Below, one piece after another: positions 1 to 9,005 of a stretch of 64,000 bases of DNA. The stretch spans positions 20,113-84,112 of the forward strand of contig JBBDWO010000007.1 of NCBI GenBank assembly GCA_040902765.1. Direction: 5' to 3'. Numbering within the stretch: position 1 is the first letter of the stretch; the number at the start of each line of letters is the position of its first letter. This DNA is from Acidimicrobiia bacterium. Lineage in GTDB: Bacteria; Actinomycetota; Acidimicrobiia; Spongiisociales; UBA11373. The notes under the pieces are model-generated. The model was not told where the DNA came from. It searched no databases and saw only the letters and a list, made by a program, of their open reading frames with translations. A program made the translations under genes and the position numbers.

Positions 1-1
1 T

Positions 2-553
2 TTCCTCACCGCCTGGATCCCACAGTTGGAGCGAGTCCCGCGGGACATGACCCGAGGAGAGGAGGTGGTCGTCTTCGACATCGATGCTGCCGACGGTTCC
101 GGCCGCTTCGGCTCGGTGATCTCGTTCGAGGGATCGTTCGCCCGACATCTGCGCAGCGGGGTCACCGCCGGCGCCGAGTTGATGATCGTCCCCACCAACG
201 AGGCTTCGTTCGGGTACGGGGCGGCTTCGGATCAGCTGCTCGGCATGGTTCGCATGTCGGCGGCATCGCTCGGGATCGACGTGGTGGTGGCGGCGATCAC
301 CGGCAAGTCGGCGATCGTGCGCGCCGACGGATCCATCGAGGCGACGACCGCCCTCTTCGAGGAGGCGACGATCATCGCCACGGTGACGCTGCGTCAACAG
401 GGTCGCACGCTGTACGCACTCGTCGGGGACTGGCTGCAGTGGATGGCGATCCTCGCCCTCGTCGTCGTGGCCACCCGGGATAAGGTGATCGCCTGGTGGC
501 AACGCTCACCCGAGGTGGACGACGCGGTGATGCCCTATCGCTTGGGGGAGTAG
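2..553 (+). CDS. lnt: apolipoprotein N-acyltransferase, C-terminal part (5' end lies outside the window)
   Basis: The frame of ORF 26..553 stays open to the window edge. It shows a CN-hydrolase-type block (MIVPTNEASFGYGAASDQLL, VVVAAITGKS) followed by a terminal hydrophobic helix, as in Lnt C-termini. Confidence 0.7.
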   Translation, partial: FLTAWIPQLERVPRDMTRGEEVVVFDIDAADGSGRFGSVISFEGSFARHLRSGVTAGAELMIVPTNEASFGYGAASDQLLGMVRMSAASLGIDVVVAAITGKSAIVRADGSIEATTALFEEATIIATVTLRQQGRTLYALVGDWLQWMAILALVVVATRDKVIAWWQRSPEVDDAVMPYRLGE

Positions 554-574
554 GGAGGGGCGAGGGGCGATCGC
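554..574. repeat. heptamer array (GCGAGGG-type, 3 units)
   Basis: GGGAGGG GCGAGGG GCGATCG, directly after the lnt TAG stop. Confidence 0.6.
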
Positions 575-578
575 TACG

Positions 579-750
579 TGGGCCTCGCGACGCGTCTGGC
601 CTCCCCCTCCGTCATCGGCCTACGGCCTCTGCCACCTCCCCCTGCGGGGGAGGAGAGTCGGGGGGTGCGGTTCGCAACTCTCTCCCCCCGTAGGGGGGGT
701 ACCGCCGAAGGCGGGGAGGGGGGAGGGCGAACACTGCGTGGGCCTCGCCG
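579..750 (+). repeat. G/C-rich multi-hairpin MITE-like element, full copy (modules U1+U2)
   Basis: CCTCGCGACGCGTCTGGCCTCCCCCTCC terminus, hairpins CCTCCCCC-TGC-GGGGGAGG, CCCCCC-GTA-GGGGGG and CCGCC-GAA-GGCGG, then GGGGAGGGGGGAGGGCG. It is bounded by the direct repeat CGTGGGCCTCGC (577-588 and 737-748). Confidence 0.8.
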
Positions 751-760
751 AGGTCTGTCC

Positions 761-788
761 AAATACCAAATACCAAGTACCAGGTACC
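761..788. repeat. heptamer array (AAATACC, 4 units)
   Basis: AAATACC AAATACC AAGTACC AGGTACC. Confidence 0.8.
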
Positions 789-820
789 GCCTCTGGCCAG
801 CCAGAGCCACAAGCTCTGCC

Positions 821-1783
821 CTACGGGCCAACCCTTGTCCCCGCGGTCCCCGCGATGGCCCGATCAATCCCCTCCACACTGGTGATCAGCGCACCACGGC
901 CGGTGGCCGACACATACGCGATACACGCTTCGATCTTGGGGCCCATCGAACCCTCCGGGAACTCGCCGGCGTCGAGGTATTGGTGCGCCTCGTCGACGGT
1001 GAGGCTGAGCAGGGGGCGTTGCTCCGCGGTCCCGAAGCCGAGATAGGCGGCATCCACCTCGGTGAGGATCACGAAACCGCGAGCGTCGATGGAGGTAGCG
1101 ATGAGGGCGCCGGTGCGGTCCTTGTCGATGACGGCCTCTACGCCGTAGGTGGTGCCGTTGGGGCCGTGTGCCACCGGGATGCCACCGCCGCCTCCGGCGA
1201 TGACGATGGCCCCGCTGCGGGCGGCATCGAGGATCGCTCCGATCCCGATGACCTCGAGCGGCGGCGGTGACGGCACGACTCGTCGGACTCCCCTGCCGGG
1301 AACCTCGACCGTCTCCCAACCACGGGCGGCGGCCAGCGTTGCGGCCTTCTCAATCGGGTAGAAGGGTCCGACCGGCTTTGTGGGTCTGGTCATCGCCGGG
1401 TTCTCCGGGTCGACCACCACCTGGGTGACGATCGGTGCGACCGCCACTTCCCTGCCCGCGCCGCGCATCGCGTCCCCGATCGAGCGGGCGAGCAGGTACC
1501 CGATGCTGCCCTGTGTCTCCGCGACCAGCACGTCGAGCGGGTCTACCGGTACCTCGTGGTGGGCTGCTTCGGCACGCAGCAGCCCGCGACCCACCTGGGG
1601 CCCGTTGCCGTGCACCAGCACCACGCCCGTGTCTTCGGGGAGGAGAACGGTGAGGGCGGCGGCGAAGGCGGCGGCGTTGCGCTCGGCCCGGCCCGGGTCA
1701 CCGGCGTCCGGGAGTAGGGCGTTGCCGCCGAACGCCACCACAAGCGGCCCGCCGTGGGACGCCCACAGACGGCGGTCAGGCAT
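821..1783 (-). CDS. arcC: carbamate kinase
   Basis: 320-aa ORF with an ATG start. It has amino-acid-kinase-fold motifs typical of carbamate kinase: VVAFGGNALL, VLVHGNGPQVG, IAGGGGGIPV, VIDKD. Confidence 0.85.
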   Translation of the reverse strand: MPDRRLWASHGGPLVVAFGGNALLPDAGDPGRAERNAAAFAAALTVLLPEDTGVVLVHGNGPQVGRGLLRAEAAHHEVPVDPLDVLVAETQGSIGYLLARSIGDAMRGAGREVAVAPIVTQVVVDPENPAMTRPTKPVGPFYPIEKAATLAAARGWETVEVPGRGVRRVVPSPPPLEVIGIGAILDAARSGAIVIAGGGGGIPVAHGPNGTTYGVEAVIDKDRTGALIATSIDARGFVILTEVDAAYLGFGTAEQRPLLSLTVDEAHQYLDAGEFPEGSMGPKIEACIAYVSATGRGALITSVEGIDRAIAGTAGTRVGP

Positions 1784-1786
1784 CGA

Positions 1787-3064
1787 TCAGCGCGACTCGT
1801 AGGCGGTGAGGGCGGCGTCGATGGCGTCGATGCCCTGGTCTAGTTCCTCACCGGTCACGCACAGCGGCGGGATGAACCGGATGACGTTGGCGTTGGGCCC
1901 GCAGTCCAGGATGAGCAGTCGGCTCTCGTCGCGGCAGTGCTGGGCGAGGAACGGGAAGGCCTTGGGGTCGGGAGTGTTGCCCTCGGTCACCAGTTCGACG
2001 CCGATCATCAGGCCGGTGCCGCGCACGTCGCCGATGGTGGGATGCTGCGACTTCAGGTCGGCGAACCGGGCGAAGGCCTGCTCGGACAACGCCCCGGTAC
2101 CCGGGATCATGGTGCCGAGCACGTCGACCGTCGCCGCCGCGGCCGCACAGGACACCGCGTTCCCGCCGAAGGTGGTGCCGTGTGAGCCGGGAGTCCAGGC
2201 GTCGAGGATCTCGGCGCTGGCACCGACCGCCGACAGGGGGAGGCCGTTGGCGATCGCCTTGCCCATGAGAAGGACATCCGGGTCGACGTCATAGTGATCC
2301 GAGGCAAACCACTTCGCGGTGCGGCCGAACCCGGTCTGGATCTCGTCGAAGATGAGCAGGATGCCGTGTTCGTCGGCGAGGTTGCGCAACCGCTGCAGGA
2401 ACCGTGCTGGGGCTGGGTAGTAACCGCCCTCGCCCTGGATCGGTTCCACCAGGAAGGCTGCTACCTCACCTGGCGTCACTTCATGGGCGAACTTCATGTC
2501 GAGTTCGCGGATGGCGTAGTCGGTGGCCTCGTCCTCGCTCATGCCCCATCCGAACGGGTGCGGGAACGGGGTGACGAACACTGACGGGAGCAGCGGGTGA
2601 TAACCCTGGCGGTACTTCGCCTTTGACGTGGTGTAGGTGACCGAGCCCATGGTGCGTCCGTGGAAGGCGCCCCGGAACACCACGACGCCCTGGCGGCCGG
2701 TGGTCTTGCGGGCCAGCTTGATCGACGCCTCCACGGCCTCGGCGCCCGAGTTCATGAAGAAGAGCTTCTCGATCGGGTCGGGTGTCACCGACACCACCTT
2801 TTCGGCGGCGGTGACCAGCGAGTCGTAGCGGAAGACTCCGCCGGCGTGCCACAGGCGGTCCAGCTGGTCGCGAGCCGCGGCGAGGATGTCGGGGTGGTTG
2901 TGTCCGGCGTTGATCACCGAGATGCCGGTGGCGAAGTCCAGGTATCGCTCGCCTTCCACATCGGTAACCCAGGATCCCTGGCCGGAGACGATCTCGAGAT
3001 CCGAATCCCAGGTGATGACCGGTGCGTAGACCTTCTCGTGGCGCTCAACGATGGAGTTGCTCAT
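1787..3064 (-). CDS. class III PLP-dependent aminotransferase (GabT/ArgD-like)
   Basis: Motifs FMNSGAEAVE and FDEIQTGFGRTAK, with a length of about 425 aa. I prefer the ATG at 3064 to the upstream TTG at 3073 used by the ORF track. Confidence 0.85.
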   Translation of the reverse strand: MSNSIVERHEKVYAPVITWDSDLEIVSGQGSWVTDVEGERYLDFATGISVINAGHNHPDILAAARDQLDRLWHAGGVFRYDSLVTAAEKVVSVTPDPIEKLFFMNSGAEAVEASIKLARKTTGRQGVVVFRGAFHGRTMGSVTYTTSKAKYRQGYHPLLPSVFVTPFPHPFGWGMSEDEATDYAIRELDMKFAHEVTPGEVAAFLVEPIQGEGGYYPAPARFLQRLRNLADEHGILLIFDEIQTGFGRTAKWFASDHYDVDPDVLLMGKAIANGLPLSAVGASAEILDAWTPGSHGTTFGGNAVSCAAAAATVDVLGTMIPGTGALSEQAFARFADLKSQHPTIGDVRGTGLMIGVELVTEGNTPDPKAFPFLAQHCRDESRLLILDCGPNANVIRFIPPLCVTGEELDQGIDAIDAALTAYESR

Positions 3065-3075
3065 GGAGCGCAAGA

Positions 3076-3111
3076 GTAACGAGTAGGAAGTAGCGAGTAG
3101 CGAGTAGCGAG
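3076..3111. repeat. heptamer array (GTAGCGA, the inverse of GCTACTC; 5 units)
   Basis: GTAACGA GTAGGAA GTAGCGA GTAGCGA GTAGCGA. Confidence 0.85.
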
Positions 3112-3120
3112 ACCGAGGTG

Positions 3121-3310
3121 AGCCTCGCGACGCGTCTGGCCTCCCCCTCCGTCAGCGACCTCCGGTCGCTGCCACCTCCCCCTGCGGGGGAGGAGACCGC
3201 GCGATCAGGTCCTTTTGCGGTTCCTCCCCCCGAAGGGGGGAGTACCTGACGGCGTAGCCGTCAGGGGAGGGGGGAGGGCGATCGCTACGCAGGCATCGCT
3301 GCGCGTCTGG
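3121..3310 (+). repeat. MITE-like element, full copy (U1+U2)
   Basis: Same architecture as 579-750. Inner hairpins here are CAGCGACC-TCC-GGTCGCTG (3153-3171) and CCTGACGGC-GTA-GCCGTCAGG (3245-3265). Confidence 0.8.
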
Positions 3311-3345
3311 CCATGAGCCATGAGCTATCAGCTATTAGCTGAGTT
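3311..3345. repeat. heptamer array (CCATGAG grading to CTATTAG, 5 units)
   Basis: CCATGAG CCATGAG CTATCAG CTATTAG CTGAGTT. It contains the TAA stop (and a following TAG) of the thioesterase-like gene. Confidence 0.8.
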
Positions 3346-4027
3346 CAACCCATACCTGGCTGGACCAGGCGAGGAGCTCGCCGTCCGCTGTCGCCAGGGC
3401 GGTGCCGGCGAGGGCCTTGCGGCCTGAGCGGCTGACCGGCCAGCCGTAGGAGATCGTGGGCTCACCGATGGCGGGTGCCCGGGCCACATGGGCAGCCATC
3501 CGACCCAGCACGACCGGCTTGTCGGTCTCGGTGCGCATCGCCGTCCAGGCGCCCGGGCAGTCGATGGCGGCCCACACGATCGGGATGGTGACCGCTCCGT
3601 CCCGGTTCGGCAGCGAGGGGTCGGGGGTCCACGGTGCCGCGACGAGGTCGGTGCCGGGTATCGGACCACTGAAGATCCGCAGGTTGTCGGTGCGTCCCGG
3701 TCCGCAGGTGAAGCATCCCGGGAACTCGTGGTGGACGAGACCGAGGTAGCGCGTTGCCGCGTCCTCGGCCTGGGCTAGGGTCGGTGGCGTCGGCGGCTCC
3801 GGGGGCACTCCGGTCGGTGTCGCCTGAGCGATGAGGCGGTCGCCCTCCATGACGGCCCACCCATCGTCGGCCGGGACGATCTGTAACTCGGTGTCGAGGG
3901 ACGGGGGTTGGCGCAGGGTCACCTCGACCGGCTCGCCGATGGCCTCGGCGACGGCGCCGCACGAGTAGCCACCGTTGCCCGACCCGGGCGGTCCGAAGAA
4001 GCGAGCGGGGATCACGATCGTCGTCAT
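3335..4027 (-). CDS. hotdog-fold thioesterase-like protein
   Basis: 230-aa ORF with an ATG start. The N-terminal GSGNGGYSCGA and the overall pattern resemble PaaI-type or acyl-CoA thioesterase-like hotdog proteins. The family assignment is only approximate. Confidence 0.5.
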   Translation of the reverse strand: MTTIVIPARFFGPPGSGNGGYSCGAVAEAIGEPVEVTLRQPPSLDTELQIVPADDGWAVMEGDRLIAQATPTGVPPEPPTPPTLAQAEDAATRYLGLVHHEFPGCFTCGPGRTDNLRIFSGPIPGTDLVAAPWTPDPSLPNRDGAVTIPIVWAAIDCPGAWTAMRTETDKPVVLGRMAAHVARAPAIGEPTISYGWPVSRSGRKALAGTALATADGELLAWSSQVWVELS

Positions 4028-4114
4028 GTGCTCATTCTCGCCGATCAGGTCCGAGTCAGGGCTGAACCGACGCGGACGGATCGTTCTCGGGCGTGCGGTC
4101 TATGGCCGGAGGCT

Positions 4115-4852
4115 TCAGAGGATACGACGCAGGAAAGCCCGGGTGCGGTCGTGCGTCGGGTTGCTGAGCACCGTGGCGGGGTCGCCTTCCTCGAGGATCA
4201 CGCCTTCGTCGATGAACATGAGCCGGCTGGCGGCGTCGCGGGCGAAAGCCATCTCGTGGGTGACCACCACCATCGTCATCCCGTCGTCTGCGAGCTGGCG
4301 GATCACCGCCAGGACCTCACCGACCAGTTCCGGGTCCAGTGCCGAGGTCACTTCGTCGAAGAGCATCACGGCGGGACGCATGGCGAGCGCTCGGGCTATG
4401 GCAACTCGTTGCTGTTGCCCCCCGGAGAGCGCTGCCGGGAAGGCAGTGATCTTGTCGGCGAGTTCCACCCGGGCCAGCTGTTCGTGGGCGAGTTTGACCG
4501 CGTCGGGCTTGCTCATCTTGAGCACCTTGAGGGGGGCGAGGGCGACGTTCTCCGTGGCGGTCAGGTGGGGGAACAGGTTGAACGCCTGGAACACCATCCC
4601 CATGTGCGTCCGCACCTCGTTGAGGTTGGTGCGGATGTCGGTCAGGTCGGTGTTCCGGAAGAAGACCTGGCCCTCGGTGGGCTCTTCGAGCATGTTGATC
4701 GTTCGCAGCAGCGTCGACTTACCCGACCCGGATGGGCCGATGATGGCGACCACTTCGCCCTCGTGGATCTCGAGATCGATGTCCTTGAGGACGTGGAGTT
4801 GGTCGAACCACTTGTTGATCCCGACCAGCCGGACGAGGGGCGCACCGCTCAT
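4115..4852 (-). CDS. polar amino acid ABC transporter ATP-binding protein
   Basis: Walker [10 protein letters not shown], signature LSGGQQQRV, Walker [12 protein letters not shown]. The start is the ATG at 4852, which overlaps the permease stop (ATGA). The long upstream ORF extension lies over the permease gene and is rejected. Confidence 0.9.
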   Translation of the reverse strand: MSGAPLVRLVGINKWFDQLHVLKDIDLEIHEGEVVAIIGPSGSGKSTLLRTINMLEEPTEGQVFFRNTDLTDIRTNLNEVRTHMGMVFQAFNLFPHLTATENVALAPLKVLKMSKPDAVKLAHEQLARVELADKITAFPAALSGGQQQRVAIARALAMRPAVMLFDEVTSALDPELVGEVLAVIRQLADDGMTMVVVTHEMAFARDAASRLMFIDEGVILEEGDPATVLSNPTHDRTRAFLRRIL

Positions 4853-6162
4853 CCGGTCACGCTCGACAGTCCACTGCGCATCCGCTTCTCCACGATGGTG
4901 ACCACCCGGATCAGGGGAAGGGTGATGATCAGGTATCCGGCGGCGGCTCCGAGCCAGGCGGTGGCGTCGAAGCTCTGCGAGTAGAGGCTGCGACCCATGC
5001 CGAGCAGCTCGCGCTGCGCCACGGTCAGGCCGAGGATCGACACCAGGGCGGTGTCCTTGATGAGGATGACGAACTCGTTGAGCAGCGGCGGGATCACCCG
5101 GCGCACCGCCTGGGGCACCACCACGAACCGCATCGACTGGCCGTAGCTGAGGCCGAGGGATCGCGACGCCTCCATCTGGCCGCGTTCGAGCGACTGGATG
5201 CCCGACCGATACACCTCCGCTGAATAGGCGGCCAGGTTGAGGCCGAGGACCAGAATCGCCACCGTGTACATCGAGATCGGGAGACGCAGCGCCGGGACGA
5301 TGCCGATGCCGAAGAACGCGATCTGCCAGATGAGCGGCGTGCCGCGGAAGAAGTTGATGTAGACGCGTGCCGGGGCGCGGACCACCGATCGCTTGGACAG
5401 GGCGAACAGGGCCAGCACCAATCCCAGGGCGAAGCCGAGCCCGGCACCCGCCGCCGAGAGGAACAGCGTGTTCTGAGCGGCCAGCGCGAACGATCTGACT
5501 GCGGCGGTGCTCATCACCGCCCACATGGCGCCCAGGCCCCCGGCGATGAGCCCCGACCACAGCACCGTCTTTGGGTTTCCGTGCCTCAGCCGTACCCAGG
5601 CGTAAGCGGCGAGCGCCGCCGCGCCGCCCCACAGCGCGGCGAGGGTGAGGATGGACCCCAGATCGTCGGCGATCGCCGAGGCCGACAGGCCGATGTTGTC
5701 GCCGATGCGCCGGAGGTTGAGGAAGTTGCGGGCGAACAGCTGGAGGTCGGTACCCCGGAACCAGGCGAAGGCGAGTGCCAGTAGCAGGCCGAGCACACCG
5801 AGGACGCCGCCGGACACGACGGCCTCGCGGGCGGGTCGGTTGGGCATGCGGCGATAGGTGAGGACGCTGGCGGCCGCGATCAGCGCGCCAGCGATGCTGA
5901 CGATCCCGATGATCGACCCGATCTCACGCGATCCGAGGCCCCGTGCCAGCGGCTCCGATGGGGAGCACTGGGCAACCGGAATCCCCTCGGGGCAGGTCTG
6001 GGTCCACCCATAGGAGTCGATGACGACGACGCTGCCGATGAACAGCAGGGCGAGCACCGCGGCGCCGCTCACCAGGACCGTGGCCGACCACCGGGTCTGG
6101 GACCGAAGGAACCACCGGAACCCGCGGTCGGGGGGCGAAACAGCGGCAGGCGTCAGGGTCAT
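4849..6162 (-). CDS. amino acid ABC transporter permease with a long N-terminal membrane extension
   Basis: The C-terminal half is a His/Glu/Gln/Arg-type permease domain ([33 protein letters not shown]). The N-terminal 200 aa or so carry extra TM helices. Confidence 0.8.
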   Translation of the reverse strand: MTLTPAAVSPPDRGFRWFLRSQTRWSATVLVSGAAVLALLFIGSVVVIDSYGWTQTCPEGIPVAQCSPSEPLARGLGSREIGSIIGIVSIAGALIAAASVLTYRRMPNRPAREAVVSGGVLGVLGLLLALAFAWFRGTDLQLFARNFLNLRRIGDNIGLSASAIADDLGSILTLAALWGGAAALAAYAWVRLRHGNPKTVLWSGLIAGGLGAMWAVMSTAAVRSFALAAQNTLFLSAAGAGLGFALGLVLALFALSKRSVVRAPARVYINFFRGTPLIWQIAFFGIGIVPALRLPISMYTVAILVLGLNLAAYSAEVYRSGIQSLERGQMEASRSLGLSYGQSMRFVVVPQAVRRVIPPLLNEFVILIKDTALVSILGLTVAQRELLGMGRSLYSQSFDATAWLGAAAGYLIITLPLIRVVTIVEKRMRSGLSSVTG

Positions 6163-6207
6163 CTGGCGTCCGACTCTAGGTGGAGCGCCACGGCCGTCTC
6201 CCGCCGA

Positions 6208-7902
6208 TCAGGACTCCTTCTCGAGCGCCAATTCTCTCTGGAGTTCGTCGGGGTAGGCGAACCAGCGCAGCGTCTCGAACTCGTCACTCACCTCGGGACG
6301 CGGGCAGTCGTCATCGGCGGTGGCCTCGTCCATGATGCGTTCTGCTTCGGCCAGGTAGTCGCTGAGACGGCTGACAGGCTCGGTGGACCGCACATCCGGG
6401 TGGGCGAGCTCTCCGGAAGTGAAGGTGACGTCATCGAGGCTCAGGGTGTCCTCGGGCGGTACCGATGCATGGCGCCATATCCCGGTGACCGGGTCGAACC
6501 CGTACTGCGGGGCAATGCGCCAGCCGTAATCGGCGATGAGGTGCACTGCCCTGAGGATGAACTGGAACGTGTCCTCGTCGATGAAGTAGTTGAAATTGAC
6601 CCGCACCCACCCCGGCTTGATGCCCTCACACCCCAGGACGACCTCGCGTTCGATGGCGTCGGCGGTGGGCTCGTCGATCCGCAGGAGGCGGTGACCATAC
6701 GGTCCAGCGCATGAACAACCCCCCCGGCTCTGAATCCCGAACAGGTCGTTGAGCATGGCCACCACCAGGTTGTGGTGTAACGCCCGCTGGCCGTGCCGGA
6801 TCACGAACGACACGATCGACAGGCGATCGGCAGTCGGGTTGCCGAGGATCTCAATGTTCGGGTTGCGCGACCAGGATTCGACGGCACGCCCGATGAAGTC
6901 CTTCTCCAGTGCCCGGATCGTGTCGGCGCCGACTGCTTCCTTGAGGGCGAACACGAGGCCGGCGCGGATCGACTCGACGATCGCCGGTGTGCCCCCCTCC
7001 TCGCGGTGCTCGATGTCCTCGACGTACCGATGGCGGGAGGGGCCGACGTAGGTGACCGTCCCGCCTCCCGGGACGGTGGGAACCCGATTCGTGAACAGCT
7101 CACGGCGTGCCACGAGGAGCCCTGGCGTCCCCGGGCCACCGATCATCTTGTGGGTGCTGATGAAGATGGCGTCCTTGTAGGAGAGTGGGTCCGTCGGATC
7201 GACCGGGCCCATCGTGATGCCGACGTACGGCGCGGCTGCGGCCATGTCCCAGAAGGACAGCGCTCCATGACGGTGCAACAGCGACGACACCGCCGCGGTG
7301 TCGCTGGTGATGCCGGTGACATTGGAGGCGGCCGAAAACGAGCCGATGCGGACCGCCCGGTCGGCGTAGCGGACCAGCTCCTCTTCCAAGTGCGCCAGGT
7401 CGATGTGGCCGTCGGCGTCTTCCCCGATACGCACCACCTCGGCGATCGACTCGCGCCAGGGCAGCTCGTTGCTGTGGTGCTCGAACGGTCCGACGAAGAC
7501 CACCGGCCGCTCCTCAGGTGGGATGTGCTCGCTGAGCCGGTAGCGGTCCTCCAGTTGGTCGGGGATGCGCAGCCCCATGACCCGAACCAGCAGGTCGATC
7601 GCCCCGGTGGACCCGCTGCCGGCGAACACGACGGCATGGGAGTCGTTAGCGCCCACGCAGCGGCGGATGATCGCCCGGGCATCCTCGCGGAACCGGGTGG
7701 TCTGGCGCCCGGTTCGAGACGACTCGGTGTGGGTGTTGGCGTACAGAGGCAGCACCTGGTCGCGGATGAAGTCCTCGATGAAGGTGAGGGACCTCCCCGA
7801 TGCCGTGTAGTCGGCGTAAGTCACGCGACGGCGTCCGAAAGGCCCGTCGACCGTGTCACTGTCACCGATGACCGAGTCCCGAATCAACCCGAGGAGGGTC
7901 AT
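6208..7902 (-). CDS. class V aminotransferase / cysteine desulfurase-like PLP enzyme
   Basis: Motifs YADYTASG, NTHTESS, FSAASNVTG and STHKMIGGPG (PLP lysine). I place the start at the ATG at 7902. The ORF-track extension to 8058 only translates intergenic heptamer repeats and overlaps the rhomboid gene. Confidence 0.8.
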   Translation of the reverse strand: MTLLGLIRDSVIGDSDTVDGPFGRRRVTYADYTASGRSLTFIEDFIRDQVLPLYANTHTESSRTGRQTTRFREDARAIIRRCVGANDSHAVVFAGSGSTGAIDLLVRVMGLRIPDQLEDRYRLSEHIPPEERPVVFVGPFEHHSNELPWRESIAEVVRIGEDADGHIDLAHLEEELVRYADRAVRIGSFSAASNVTGITSDTAAVSSLLHRHGALSFWDMAAAAPYVGITMGPVDPTDPLSYKDAIFISTHKMIGGPGTPGLLVARRELFTNRVPTVPGGGTVTYVGPSRHRYVEDIEHREEGGTPAIVESIRAGLVFALKEAVGADTIRALEKDFIGRAVESWSRNPNIEILGNPTADRLSIVSFVIRHGQRALHHNLVVAMLNDLFGIQSRGGCSCAGPYGHRLLRIDEPTADAIEREVVLGCEGIKPGWVRVNFNYFIDEDTFQFILRAVHLIADYGWRIAPQYGFDPVTGIWRHASVPPEDTLSLDDVTFTSGELAHPDVRSTEPVSRLSDYLAEAERIMDEATADDDCPRPEVSDEFETLRWFAYPDELQRELALEKES

Positions 7903-7940
7903 AGAAAGATCGTACCGGCCGAAGGCCGGTCCGATCCGGC

Positions 7941-7970
7941 GCGATTCGCGGTTCGCGGTTCGCGATTCGC
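7941..7970. repeat. heptamer array (GCGRTTC, 4 units)
   Basis: GCGATTC GCGGTTC GCGGTTC GCGATTC GC. It is inverted relative to the 7984-8013 array. Confidence 0.85.
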
Positions 7971-7983
7971 CAGAACGCCTCTT

Positions 7984-8013
7984 GCGAATAGCGAATAGTG
8001 AATAGCGAATAGC
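7984..8013. repeat. heptamer array (GCGAATA, 4 units)
   Basis: GCGAATA GCGAATA GTGAATA GCGAATA GC. Confidence 0.85.
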
Positions 8014-8029
8014 GCCTAGGGTTTTCCCT

Positions 8030-8869
8030 GTGTCCGATCCCGGCTCCTCGTCCGCCATCCGCTCCTGTTACCGGCATCCCCACCGCGATACCCGGTTGTC
8101 GTGTTCTGAGTGCGGGCGGCCGATCTGCGTCGACTGCGCCATCGATGCCGCGGTGGGTCAGAAGTGCGCCGAGTGCTCGGCACCCGATGGTCGGCACCGG
8201 GTGATCGACCGGGCCCAAATCAAGGGCCATGTGCGCGGCGCCACGCCCTTCACCTACGCATTGATCGTGATCAACGTCGTGGTGTTTCTGGCCGGGCAGT
8301 CGAACCCCGACCTCGGGAGGCGGCTCATCCTCGACTTCGCCCACCACCCGGAGCTGGTCTCGGCGGGTGACTGGTACCGGCTGGTGACGGCGATGTTCCT
8401 CCACGGCAGCGTCATGCACCTGCTGTTCAACTCGTGGGCGCTCTGGCTGTTCGGTGCGGCGATCGAGCGGCGCTTCGGGTCGCCCTCCTTCCTGGCCCTC
8501 TACCTCGCCTCCGGGATCGCCGGGAGCACCGCGTATCAGCTGACCGGCTCGTCGTTCGCCGTGGGCGCCTCCGGCGCCATATTCGGGCTGTTTGGCGCCC
8601 TCCTCGCCGCCACCTACCGCCAGCGGCACAGCCCGGCGGGTCGTGCCGCCTTCGGCCAGTTGGCCATGCTGCTCGCCATCAACCTCGCTCTCCCGTTGCT
8701 CGTCCCGAACATCGCCTGGCAGGCCCACCTCGGGGGGCTGGTTGCCGGCATGGTCACCGCCGCCGGCTGGGACCGACTCCCTCTCACCGGCGGCGGCTCC
8801 GGCGGCAGACGCGTCGCTGTCGCCTTTGCCGTCCTGGTAGTCGCCGCCGCCATCGCCCTCCTGTTCTGA
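8030..8869 (+). CDS. rhomboid family intramembrane serine protease with an N-terminal zinc ribbon
   Basis: N-terminal CYRHP..CSECGRPICVDC, catalytic-Ser block VGASGAIFG, a His in QAHLGGL, and multiple TM helices. Confidence 0.85.
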   Translation: MSDPGSSSAIRSCYRHPHRDTRLSCSECGRPICVDCAIDAAVGQKCAECSAPDGRHRVIDRAQIKGHVRGATPFTYALIVINVVVFLAGQSNPDLGRRLILDFAHHPELVSAGDWYRLVTAMFLHGSVMHLLFNSWALWLFGAAIERRFGSPSFLALYLASGIAGSTAYQLTGSSFAVGASGAIFGLFGALLAATYRQRHSPAGRAAFGQLAMLLAINLALPLLVPNIAWQAHLGGLVAGMVTAAGWDRLPLTGGGSGGRRVAVAFAVLVVAAAIALLF

Positions 8870-8950
8870 GGGCCTCGCGACGCGTCAGCCCTCCCTCTCC
8901 GTCATCGGCCGGCGGCCGATGCCACTTCCCCCTTCAGGGGAGGGGACCGT
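8870..8950 (+). repeat. MITE-like element, U1 half copy
   Basis: GGCCTCGCGACGCGTCAGCCCTCCCTCTCC terminus, inner hairpin CATCGGCC-GGC-GGCCGATG (8903-8921), then CCACTTCCCCCTTCAGGGGAGGGG. Confidence 0.75.
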
Positions 8951-9005
8951 GAGTTGGCCCTGGCTGCTCGCTGGGCGCGTCCCCGCTGCGCCCTAACCTG
9001 CCCCC

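Noticed and set aside
566-575. GCGATCGC (the cyanobacterial HIP1 octamer) at 567-574 and again at 3279-3286.
   Set aside because: I saw only two occurrences, both inside copies of the same repeat element. There is no evidence of a genome-wide HIP1-like bias from this window.
4853-5632. N-terminal extensions proposed by the ORF track for the ABC ATPase (to 5632), hemL (to 23765), hemB (to 24793), hemF (to 28964), the MFS gene (to 19128), tlpA (to 43886) and the class V aminotransferase (to 8058).
   Set aside because: Each extension lies over the upstream gene or over intergenic repeats. In each case an internal ATG or GTG sits exactly in a 4-nt overlap with the upstream stop and gives a protein of canonical length and N-terminus.
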